Assembly (NCBI GenBank): GCA_036276755.1
Contig: DASUOG010000018.1
Coordinates: 1-52,700, forward strand
Direction: 5' to 3'
Length of the DNA stretch: 52,700 nt
DNA from: Candidatus Saccharimonadales bacterium
Lineage (GTDB): Bacteria > Patescibacteriota > Saccharimonadia > Saccharimonadales > 2-12-FULL-41-12
Shown: positions 29,537-37,535 of the stretch, piece by piece
Layout: every line of letters starts with the position of its first letter
Position numbering within the stretch: the first letter of the stretch is position 1
The notes under the pieces: model-generated
What the model saw: only the letters and a program-made list of their open reading frames with translations
Told to the model about the DNA's origin: nothing
Databases searched by the model: none
Program-made: the position numbers and the translations under genes

Positions 29537-30619
29537 TTAACCAAGATTCATTATTTTATCTCTTTTAATCAGCTTGCTTTTGGCTCCGAATCTTTGAACG
29601 TAAAGGTACCCAGGCTTACATGGATTAACGGCATCCTTCAATGAAGGCGCGCTATTGAATGTCTCGATGTACAATTTTGGAAAGTTCAGGCCCAAAAGCG
29701 CTAAGAAGTAAGTTGAAGTAAAAAACCTGCTTGCCTGGATCTCTGTAACAGCAGGATGTCCATTGTCATCAACTAAGTAGTCGATTCCCATTGCGCCGTT
29801 AACTGACCCGAATGACCTCACTACTTTGTCAGAAAGTTCATGAATATAATCATTTGATACTGTCATATTTGCCCCTGTGTATCCAGTTACTCCCGACACT
29901 GCTAGGTCTGAATGCTCCCAGTAAAGCCTCTTTCTTACTTGACTTGCAATAAGCTCATTGTCTTTATATAGCGCAATCCACGAAACCATCTCGCCTGGTA
30001 GTAAGTCGTCGCTTAAACGCTGTTTCCAAGAGTAGGACTCCTTTATGTCGATCCTTTTTGACACCAAATAATCGCCCCAGCCATTTCTTTCATCTAGTAC
30101 ACTAGAAATTACCGCCACACTATCTGCTCTAAAAGACCCCTTCCCACCTTGTCCACTTTTTGCTCGTATCCAAAATTCGTTGGAGCTTATATTTCTAGAA
30201 ATATCGTACAGCTCTTCAACATTATTTGGTAAACCGGTATATGGAGCATTAAACCCTTTTGCAACCAGATGACGATAAGTAAGGTACTTATCTTCGTAGA
30301 TAACAATTTGCTTATGCGTCGGCAGAAACACAGGATATTTATTCCTATGCTTAGAATAATCAAGCATATAGTAGTCAGATTTAGATTGATAAGTTAGGTC
30401 AAAGTCAACATTTGATTCTTTTCTGGCAATGTCGATTACTTTTGAAGGATATTGATTTTGGGCTTCAGACACGTAAATATTGTGGTCAACTTCTGATAGT
30501 AAAGATCGAATACGATGAGTCGAGGTACCGTAAATTTTACAATCAATCGCTGCATGTTTTAAACAAGATACAAAATTACTGCCAGAAGATTTATCTGAAT
30601 TCAGAACTAAAATGTTCAT
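29537..30619 (-). CDS. ATP-grasp fold carboxylate-amine ligase (CarB-like, single domain)
   Basis: DKYLTY..L...G...P.T, WIRAKSGQGGKGS, GIDYLVD..G.P.VTEIQA.RF. Start set at MNILVL (alternative TTG 30637). Confidence 0.8.
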   Translation of the reverse strand: MNILVLNSDKSSGSNFVSCLKHAAIDCKIYGTSTHRIRSLLSEVDHNIYVSEAQNQYPSKVIDIARKESNVDFDLTYQSKSDYYMLDYSKHRNKYPVFLPTHKQIVIYEDKYLTYRHLVAKGFNAPYTGLPNNVEELYDISRNISSNEFWIRAKSGQGGKGSFRADSVAVISSVLDERNGWGDYLVSKRIDIKESYSWKQRLSDDLLPGEMVSWIALYKDNELIASQVRKRLYWEHSDLAVSGVTGYTGANMTVSNDYIHELSDKVVRSFGSVNGAMGIDYLVDDNGHPAVTEIQASRFFTSTYFLALLGLNFPKLYIETFNSAPSLKDAVNPCKPGYLYVQRFGAKSKLIKRDKIMNLG

Positions 30620-30758
30620 CTTAGTCAGTACCGTCAAGTAAAGAGACTTTTGGATTATCGTATGTCATAAGCCTCTTTTGGCCATATATTAAGAAGCTTT
30701 ACTTCTTTAATCCTACCTAAGGGAATATCGGCCATAATTTATTAACATTATATAGTAT

Positions 30759-30832
30759 TGGCTGGGGAAGAGGGATTCGAACCCCCGATCACGGGACCAG
30801 AACCCGTTGCCTTACCGCTTGGCTATTCCCCA
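30759..30832 (-). tRNA. tRNA-Gln (anticodon CTG)
   Basis: Reverse complement TGGGGAATAGCCAAGCGGTAAGGCAACGGGTTCTGGTCCCGTGATCGGGGGTTCGAATCCCTCTTCCCCAGCCA: full cloverleaf, U1-A72, encoded CCA. Confidence 0.97.
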
Positions 30833-30890
30833 ATGTCAAATACGATTATAACAGATTGAAACCTATGCCAGTCCGGTTTAAAACCTTGTT

Positions 30891-31946
30891 TTATTCTTCG
30901 GTGCTTAGTATCTGCTCTAGTTCGTCGACGGAACGCTGGTACATATCCACGACCGCTTGGGTATCTCGCAGGTCTTTTCTCAGACTGGTTCTTGTATTTA
31001 CGCGGAAGAAACGGCTGAGGAAAGGCAATTCGTCGAATTCCTTAATTTTTTCTTCGATTTCTTCCACGCGCTCAGATGATGCCGCCAAGCGTTGCTGTTC
31101 TTCCGGTAACCATTTGCCGGCGACTTCTCGCTCCATATCTTCCCGCCCATCGCCAAAGCCATAGTCCCGTACTGTCTCGAGTGCGCGATAGACGGACTTG
31201 GAGCGCAGGGCTTCAGCCCGCACTTTTTCATTGAGTTCCGTGCGCATATGCTCGTCCATGCCTTCTGAGCTGTAATCATCAATAGTTTCCACCGCCCTAT
31301 ATAAATTTGACGTCCCTAGAGCCACACTTCTGACACGCCGGTCATGGCTGCGGCGCATTGCCGGTTCGGCGGCAGCGCTAGCATAACTTTCTATGGTTTC
31401 TTGTCCCCGGTACAGACTTCGCTGCTGCATGGCTTCGCGAAATACCCGGATATCAAATCCGGCTCTCATGCCGGGCTGTGCTCCCCGGGTAGCATGGTCC
31501 AGTTCTTCGACGCCTCTATATAAACTGGGAGCGGCGAACATGGTGTCCAATACCACTCTGTTAAGTCCGGAGCGAAGGGCAAGTTCTTCGGCCCCACGGC
31601 CGGTAATCAGATCGGAAAGTTCGATGCTTTCCACCGCCCGATAAAGAGACGGCTGGGCATGTGCATTATCAAACACTCGGCTTAACCCTTCCATCGCAGC
31701 AAAATCTTCGACCATCTGTTCAGTCAGTCGTAGATCGCCGTGCACACGTCCATAAACCTCATCAAGTATTTCTTCTACCTCTTTGGAGACCAAAGCCAGA
31801 TGCCCGGCGATTTCTCCGCTTTCCGGGTCGAATGTCCTTGCGGCCAACTCGCCTAAGGCAGCTGCCCCGTCGCTTTTGGTAGCATCTAGTAATTGTTCCT
31901 GATACGCAGGGACTTCGATCAAACTCCCAGGTCTTTCGATGGACAT
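30891..31946 (-). CDS. Hypothetical tandem-repeat protein (five ~37-aa SLYR repeats, C-terminal coiled coil)
   Basis: SLYRAVE, SLYRGVE, SLYRGQE, NLYRAVE, SVYRALE spaced 41/36/37/37 aa; SD GGGAG and TATAAT upstream. Confidence 0.8.
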   Translation of the reverse strand: MSIERPGSLIEVPAYQEQLLDATKSDGAAALGELAARTFDPESGEIAGHLALVSKEVEEILDEVYGRVHGDLRLTEQMVEDFAAMEGLSRVFDNAHAQPSLYRAVESIELSDLITGRGAEELALRSGLNRVVLDTMFAAPSLYRGVEELDHATRGAQPGMRAGFDIRVFREAMQQRSLYRGQETIESYASAAAEPAMRRSHDRRVRSVALGTSNLYRAVETIDDYSSEGMDEHMRTELNEKVRAEALRSKSVYRALETVRDYGFGDGREDMEREVAGKWLPEEQQRLAASSERVEEIEEKIKEFDELPFLSRFFRVNTRTSLRKDLRDTQAVVDMYQRSVDELEQILSTEE

Positions 31947-32016
31947 ATAATCTCCCTAAGATTTTGGAGTATTATACATAAAAAATATATATTTGTCAAT
32001 CAAGCACCGAAGTTGA

Positions 32017-32439
32017 TCAGACTTCACCCATGACGGGCGATGCGTAGGATTTTCTGATGATTTCTTTGAGTACATCTAAATCTATATCTTCCAGCTTATT
32101 TATATAAAGACAGGCTTTGCCAGTTTTGTGTTTGCCGAGGTTACCCAGAAGCTTATCGTAACCGGAAAAACCATCCATTAAATATAGCGTCAGACTTTGC
32201 TTCCTGGGCGAAAGGCCCATTCGCGGCCAATCTCCCTCCCGGCCGGAAGCATATTTATAATGATACACGCCGAAACCGATGATGCTTGTACCCCACATAA
32301 CAGGCGGCTCACCGGTGATTTCGGCCATCATTTTTGTTACAGCGCGAGCGTCTTTTCGGCGCTGTTCATCCGCTACGCTATCTAAAAATTTCTCTACATC
32401 GCCGTCGTTTTTCTTGGTCTTTGGTTCGGTGCTAGCCAT
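32017..32439 (-). CDS. DUF1801 (YdhG-like) domain protein
   Basis: MWGTSIIGFG.YHYKYASGREG, SPRKQ.LTLY, LGKHKTGKACLYINKL. Confidence 0.88.
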   Translation of the reverse strand: MASTEPKTKKNDGDVEKFLDSVADEQRRKDARAVTKMMAEITGEPPVMWGTSIIGFGVYHYKYASGREGDWPRMGLSPRKQSLTLYLMDGFSGYDKLLGNLGKHKTGKACLYINKLEDIDLDVLKEIIRKSYASPVMGEV

Positions 32440-32506
32440 GTGTATATGTTACCAGTTTGACACAAGCAATTTTTATTTTGTTCGGAACCTGTTAATGTAT
32501 CTTAAA

Positions 32507-32662
32507 ATGAGAATTTTACTTCTTAGCATATTCGCGGGTATTTTTATGTATGCTCCTCTGTATATGTTTGATACTTTTGTCGAGCCGCAGCTTGACCAGC
32601 TGCGTTATACATATGCGCATGCCGAAGAAATCGCTAATGAAGCGGCGGGGATAAATAACTAG
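32507..32662 (+). CDS. Small membrane-anchored protein (51 aa)
   Basis: MRILLLSIFAGIFMYAPLYMFDTFVEPQLDQLRYTYAHAEEIA; ends 2 nt before the next start. Confidence 0.6.
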   Translation: MRILLLSIFAGIFMYAPLYMFDTFVEPQLDQLRYTYAHAEEIANEAAGINN

Positions 32663-32664
32663 GC

Positions 32665-33780
32665 ATGGCTGCACCAAGCGAACTGGATCCAAGCCTGAAA
32701 CCGAAACAGCAGCTGGAAACCGTGTGCGCCAGATGGGGCGTAACTTATGATGATGCAATCCAATATTACGGGGGTGAAATAGCTTATTTGCTCGGCGGCC
32801 AGGACCCTGTAGGCGAAAATGAGGTTCTGGAAAATTTGAACATGGTTCCCAAGGCATTACAACCGAGTCCGGACTCGGCTTACGCTATAGCGGACAGAAA
32901 AGCATATATGGAAGGCGTGCCTGACGCTGCCAAAGCATTGCTCTTACCGCATGTCGAGGCAGAGGGCAATAGGATAGGTTATTTAGATGATGATCCTAAG
33001 CAATATGAGGCTCAAAGACCGATGCGTTTTTCTGTAGACGGTGAACGCCAACCCAGGGAAAATACTGATTTCATGGCAGAAAAAGTCGACGAACGCTACC
33101 CCGAAGCCATGGAAAAATTAAGCGCCGACGAAGGTTCCAAAGAGGCGATCCAAACTGCCATCAAGCTGATGCAACAAGGCAAAAGTATCATCGGAATAAC
33201 TTTTCATGCCAAAGATATAATCGACACGGCCATCGCCTTGAAGTTTTACCTTGATCTGTTTGATGAGCAAGGGTATTCTCCCGATAAAACCGCGCTGAAC
33301 CTTAGCAAGAGTCTTGCGTGGGGAGAATACGAAGTGCCCGGCTTGGGACCGGTCGTGATGATAGACGTAGTAAAAACCATAGCGGACCGCACTCACTTAT
33401 CCTGGCCTAAGACCGATTCATCCGAAGACATGCTGAGGATGCTGCCGCAACGGGAGATTAACCGTAATAATAAGTACGTCGCCACCGATATCAAACAGAT
33501 GCTGGCAGACGGTAACTCCCTTGTGGTCATATCGCCTACGGGAAGCACCAGAGGAGGCGGTGTCAAGGCCGGTACGGCCGAACTTATGGCCCATCCGGAT
33601 TCTTATGTCATGCCGCTGTCGCTATGGCGCATGGGGGAAGAACTTAAGGTCAGGTGCATGCCGCCGGTTAATTTGAAAGGTGCGGCGGATGTCGACATCC
33701 TGATGGTAAGTTTCGCCAAAGATTTATCCGATTTGGTGCCGGATCAGGATTTCCTCTATACGCCCCACCTGCGGGCTTAA
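32665..33780 (+). CDS. Hypothetical protein, possibly a divergent glycerolipid acyltransferase
   Basis: 371 aa; IGITFH...ID, LSK, VVISPTGS and VMPL occur in the order of PlsC motifs I-IV but are degenerate. Confidence 0.5.
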   Translation: MAAPSELDPSLKPKQQLETVCARWGVTYDDAIQYYGGEIAYLLGGQDPVGENEVLENLNMVPKALQPSPDSAYAIADRKAYMEGVPDAAKALLLPHVEAEGNRIGYLDDDPKQYEAQRPMRFSVDGERQPRENTDFMAEKVDERYPEAMEKLSADEGSKEAIQTAIKLMQQGKSIIGITFHAKDIIDTAIALKFYLDLFDEQGYSPDKTALNLSKSLAWGEYEVPGLGPVVMIDVVKTIADRTHLSWPKTDSSEDMLRMLPQREINRNNKYVATDIKQMLADGNSLVVISPTGSTRGGGVKAGTAELMAHPDSYVMPLSLWRMGEELKVRCMPPVNLKGAADVDILMVSFAKDLSDLVPDQDFLYTPHLRA

Positions 33781-35039
33781 AGTCTTTCTTCTGCCGGGTG
33801 GATTTTATCTATCTTATCTGATTTCGCGTGTTCTCTCCGGGCTTTTAGGATGAACGGCAGGGAAACCGCACTGATGACCCCGGATACCATATAAGACGTG
33901 GAATAGCTGTAGATGTCGGCTACCTTACCCAGACCCGGCTGGAAGATGACGCCGCCACCCGAACCTATCATTGAATCAAATGATAATACCGTGGCCCGCT
34001 GGCTGGATGATATCTCGCCGTTGATGTAAGCCTGACGCACTGGCATGGTGGTCGCGAAAATCAATGCCCAGAGCACGATCAGCGGGATGGCGATAGCGAA
34101 ACTGTTGATAAATCCGAAGACAATAAGTATGACAGCGCTTACGGCATAACCGCCGAACAGCACACTGGTCCTTTTGCCGAACAAGCTGATAATCTTCGGA
34201 ATTACCAAACCGCCCAGTATCTGGGCTCCGGCAACGATAGCGGCAACCAGTCCGGCGATGGAATATGCCTCCGGGTTTCCGTAAAGTTTTAATAGGTACG
34301 GCTGCATCGCATAAAATACGTAAAAGCTGATGCCGGTCATGAACGGTGACGACAACATTATCCAGCGGATCTTGCGATTTTGAAGACCGTGTTCTATCGA
34401 AGAGTTTAAAATCCTTTTTGCTTCTTTTAAGGGTTGCTTGCTTCTCTCTGGCTTAAAGCCGATATCACGCATAACCAGAAACGCTACAATAAAACTTAAA
34501 ATTAAAATGGCCGCGCGGAATATGTAAGGGATGCCGAGGTTACTGGCTTGGGCAATAATCCCGCCGACGACGGAACCGCTGAGCATGGCGATGCCGCTGA
34601 CTACCTGGCCTTTGGCAAATACGTTATCCAAATTTCCTTTGAACTTGTGGTAGTGAAGAGCGTCGACCAGCCAGGCTTCGACCGCTCCGGAAAAGAATGT
34701 ATAGCCAAGACCCAGAACTACCGAAGATAAGGCCCAGCCCCAAAACGGGCCGGAAATTTCCCACATATATAAATAAAAGCCAGTCGACAGGCTAAGGGTC
34801 AAGGCGCCGAGCAAGAAGGATGTACGCCGGCCCCTGCTATCGGCAACTACACCGGTAGGGACTTCAAACAGCAGTTGTCCCGCAGTGAAGAAAGCATTGG
34901 CCGCGAAAGCTTCGGTATTGGAAAGTCCGGCATCCAAGAGGAACAGGGTATTGATACCCCATATCAAGGAGGTCGCCAGAGTATTTAAAAGCGTAAGGGT
35001 AAGATAGATACGCTGAACGCGCCGCGCCTCATTATTCAT
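33777..35039 (-). CDS. MFS transporter
   Basis: ~12 TM; FEVPTGVVADSRGRR (motif A), SGAVEAW, RATVLS. Confidence 0.92.
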   Translation of the reverse strand: MNNEARRVQRIYLTLTLLNTLATSLIWGINTLFLLDAGLSNTEAFAANAFFTAGQLLFEVPTGVVADSRGRRTSFLLGALTLSLSTGFYLYMWEISGPFWGWALSSVVLGLGYTFFSGAVEAWLVDALHYHKFKGNLDNVFAKGQVVSGIAMLSGSVVGGIIAQASNLGIPYIFRAAILILSFIVAFLVMRDIGFKPERSKQPLKEAKRILNSSIEHGLQNRKIRWIMLSSPFMTGISFYVFYAMQPYLLKLYGNPEAYSIAGLVAAIVAGAQILGGLVIPKIISLFGKRTSVLFGGYAVSAVILIVFGFINSFAIAIPLIVLWALIFATTMPVRQAYINGEISSSQRATVLSFDSMIGSGGGVIFQPGLGKVADIYSYSTSYMVSGVISAVSLPFILKARREHAKSDKIDKIHPAEERL

Positions 35040-35064
35040 ATCCAGATTGTATCAGATTAATGCT

Positions 35065-36090
35065 CTATCTGCGCCGATAATTCGGCAGTTCTTCAAGTTT
35101 GAGTCCGACGCGAGCAAGCCGTTGTTCAAATTCTGCCACTTCGGCTTCCTGCTCTTCGCTGAGAAGAGGTTTGCGCGTTTCTTTCTGCCTTTCTTTGTCT
35201 TCATACATCCTGCTGTCAGCCAGCGCCAGAAGATCGGAGGCTGTCATATTTTCCCCGAGCGCAGCTACGCCGATGGCGGCACTTAAGCCTATTTCCTTTA
35301 GGTGTTCATTGCCCGGACTGTTCACATGTTCTTCGACCATGTTCCTTACTCTCTCAGCTATTACGGTGGCTCCGGCAAAATCGGTATAACAGATACTGGC
35401 GAACTCATCCCCGCCAAGCCGGCCGGTTTCCAGCAGTGCTTTGCGCTCCTCTTTGGGTATCGAACCGTTGAACTTCTTGCCAAAAGCTACAAGGTCAACC
35501 GGCCGGTCAGGATATCCCGGGTTATGGTTTAAGCGGAATTCATCCCCAACCATGGCAAACAGCGTTTTAATGTCGCGGATCAATTTGTCGCCTTCGGGGT
35601 GGCCGTAAAGATCATTCACCCTTTTGACGAAGTTAAAGTCTATAAAAATCAGCGATAAGTCTGAACCCATGCGCCGCGCTTTATCGACCTCATCCTGGAA
35701 TTTGATATGCCAGTAGGCCTTGCTTAGTATCTTGCCCCTGTGCTCTCCAACCATCTGGTCTTCGAAATCCGCGTCAAAACGTGCGTAATGACGTTGGTCC
35801 CCCTCCAGATTCCTATCGATGGCATCCTCGATTATCTCCAGGTTAACTTCGGAACTATCACGTCTGTCGTAATGATTGACGGCTTTAAGCAATGAGTATT
35901 TTAAGGACTCTTCCTCAGACGGCGCCTCTTTGCCGGCCAATAAGGCCACACCTGCTAGGACACTCGCTAGTTCGATCAGATCCTCGCGGTAATCTTCATG
36001 TCCGGTATCCCTGGCAAAATCAAAAGCTTCATTCATCTCATAAGCGATGAACTGTGCGCGTTCGATCTCGTGGGTCTCCACAGATTCCAT
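35065..36090 (-). CDS. GGDEF domain protein (diguanylate cyclase)
   Basis: IFIDFNFVKRVNDLYGHPEGD, RLGGDEF, SAAIG, AD.RMY.DK; uncharacterised N-terminal helical region. Confidence 0.88.
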   Translation of the reverse strand: MESVETHEIERAQFIAYEMNEAFDFARDTGHEDYREDLIELASVLAGVALLAGKEAPSEEESLKYSLLKAVNHYDRRDSSEVNLEIIEDAIDRNLEGDQRHYARFDADFEDQMVGEHRGKILSKAYWHIKFQDEVDKARRMGSDLSLIFIDFNFVKRVNDLYGHPEGDKLIRDIKTLFAMVGDEFRLNHNPGYPDRPVDLVAFGKKFNGSIPKEERKALLETGRLGGDEFASICYTDFAGATVIAERVRNMVEEHVNSPGNEHLKEIGLSAAIGVAALGENMTASDLLALADSRMYEDKERQKETRKPLLSEEQEAEVAEFEQRLARVGLKLEELPNYRRR

Positions 36091-36219
36091 CTGTATATTA
36101 TAGCATAAAAACTATAAAAAGTCCATCACGGAGAGGATCAACTGACTGTGGATCCGGGGCCGCACCTGATTGGCAAGTTTTGTCGGACGTGGTAAATTAA
36201 AGAGCGTTAACAATTAGAA

Positions 36220-36326
36220 GATATAAAGAGCGCGGGGAGAGAGCTAGCTCGATGAACCGCCGGCAACCCGCTTTGTATTAAAGGTAGGGTGCTCCATCTA
36301 GTCCGCTCGAATGGCGGAAAGATATC
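36220..36326 (+). ncRNA. SAM-I (S-box) riboswitch aptamer
   Basis: AAGAG..GGGGAGAGA-GCTAGCTC-GATGAA-CCGC-CGGCAACC...GGTGC...AAAGAT in SAM-I order; lies directly upstream of metK. Confidence 0.85.
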
Positions 36327-36337
36327 GTTGCAATGCT

Positions 36338-36371
36338 ATCCTTTCCGTGCCAGAGCATAGAAAGGATTTTT
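36338..36371 (+). promoter_or_regulatory. Riboswitch expression platform: hairpin sequestering the metK SD, followed by a U-tract
   Basis: ATCCTTTC pairs with GAAAGGAT (contains SD AAAGGA), then TTTT and the TTG start at 36375. Confidence 0.7.
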
Positions 36372-36374
36372 AAT

Positions 36375-37487
36375 TTGCCAGACGGCGCCGAATTATTTAC
36401 CAGCGAATCCGTGTGCGCCGGCCATCCGGACAAGATATGCGACGGGATCAGCGACGCGATACTTGATGCCGCTTTGCGCCTGGACCCGCAGGCAAGGACG
36501 GCCGTTGAAACCGTGGTCGGTGATAGCCAGATAAGCTTGTTCGGTGAAGTCAGGATCGCTTCAGAAGTTGATTACGAGCGGATTGTCAGAGAGAGGATAG
36601 CCGCGCTCGGCTACACCCGGCCCGAGTGGAAATTTTCCGATCAAGCCCGGTTTTCAAACTTCCTGCATAGCCAAGCGCCGGAAATAGCTGTCGGTGTGGA
36701 CAAGGGCGGCGCCGGTGATCAAGGTATGATGTTCGGTTACGCCTGCAAACAGACGCGTGAGTTCATGCCTTTGCCGATCATGCTGGCACACGCCCTTACC
36801 CGCCGGATCGATGAAGCTCGTGAAGCCGGCGAGCTGCCATGGCTGCGCCCGGACGGCAAAGCACAGGTTACCGTCAGATATGAAGGTACCCGGCCCCTTC
36901 GCCTGGAAAAAACCGTATTGGCTTTGGCCCATGATGAAAATACCGGGCCCGAACAGGTCAGGGAGGAAGCCACGGACAAGCTGATCAAGCCCGCCCTGAA
37001 GAATTTCAATCTGGATTTTGGCGGTGATGTGATTATCAACGGGACCGGTGTTTGGCACATACCGGGTCCGGAGTCTGATGCCGGCCTGACCGGGCGCAAG
37101 ATCGTAGTCGATACTTACGGAGGCTATGCCCGCGTCGGCGGCGGCGCTTTTTCCGGCAAAGATCCGAGCAAGGTAGACAGGTCCGGCGCATACGCAGCCA
37201 GGTATATCGCCAAAAACATCGTCGCCCATGGCCTGGCAGACGAGTGTGAAGTCGGTTTGGCTTACGTCATCGGTCGGCCGAAACCGCTGATGGAAACTAT
37301 CGAGACTTTCGGTACGGCCAAGGCTAGTGACAAAGCGCTCTATGCCTTCATGCATAAATTAATAGACACCTCGGTAGAAGGAATTATTGAAACGCTTGAC
37401 CTGCGGCGGCCGATATATTCGGCTACTTCCGTTTACGGTCATTTCGGTAAAGACGGACTGCCTTGGGAAAAAATCCAAGATGAATAA
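36375..37487 (+). CDS. metK: S-adenosylmethionine synthetase
   Basis: FTSESV..GHPDKICD.ISD, GAGDQG, RPDGK.QV, DAGLTGRK, GGGAFSGKDPSKVDRS, YGHFG. Start set at TTG 36375, 8 nt after the SD. Confidence 0.96.
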   Translation: MPDGAELFTSESVCAGHPDKICDGISDAILDAALRLDPQARTAVETVVGDSQISLFGEVRIASEVDYERIVRERIAALGYTRPEWKFSDQARFSNFLHSQAPEIAVGVDKGGAGDQGMMFGYACKQTREFMPLPIMLAHALTRRIDEAREAGELPWLRPDGKAQVTVRYEGTRPLRLEKTVLALAHDENTGPEQVREEATDKLIKPALKNFNLDFGGDVIINGTGVWHIPGPESDAGLTGRKIVVDTYGGYARVGGGAFSGKDPSKVDRSGAYAARYIAKNIVAHGLADECEVGLAYVIGRPKPLMETIETFGTAKASDKALYAFMHKLIDTSVEGIIETLDLRRPIYSATSVYGHFGKDGLPWEKIQDE

Positions 37488-37535
37488 GTATAAATATTGG
37501 CATGAAATATATTCTGTAAGGTACAATTAAGTCAA

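Larger units (their letters stand above)
24954..30800. mobile_element. AT-rich genomic island at the 3' end of tRNA-Gln; no integrase seen
   Basis: Direct tRNA-Gln repeats at both ends, visibly lower GC than the flanks, five co-oriented enzyme genes. Confidence 0.8.

Noticed and set aside
36333..36374. ATG 36333 as the metK start
   Set aside because: It lies inside the riboswitch platform; the SD at 36361-36366 fits TTG 36375 and MetK homology begins just after.
36654..37355. 233-aa minus-strand ORF
   Set aside because: Antisense shadow of metK; the same applies to the many shorter ORFs nested in identified genes.
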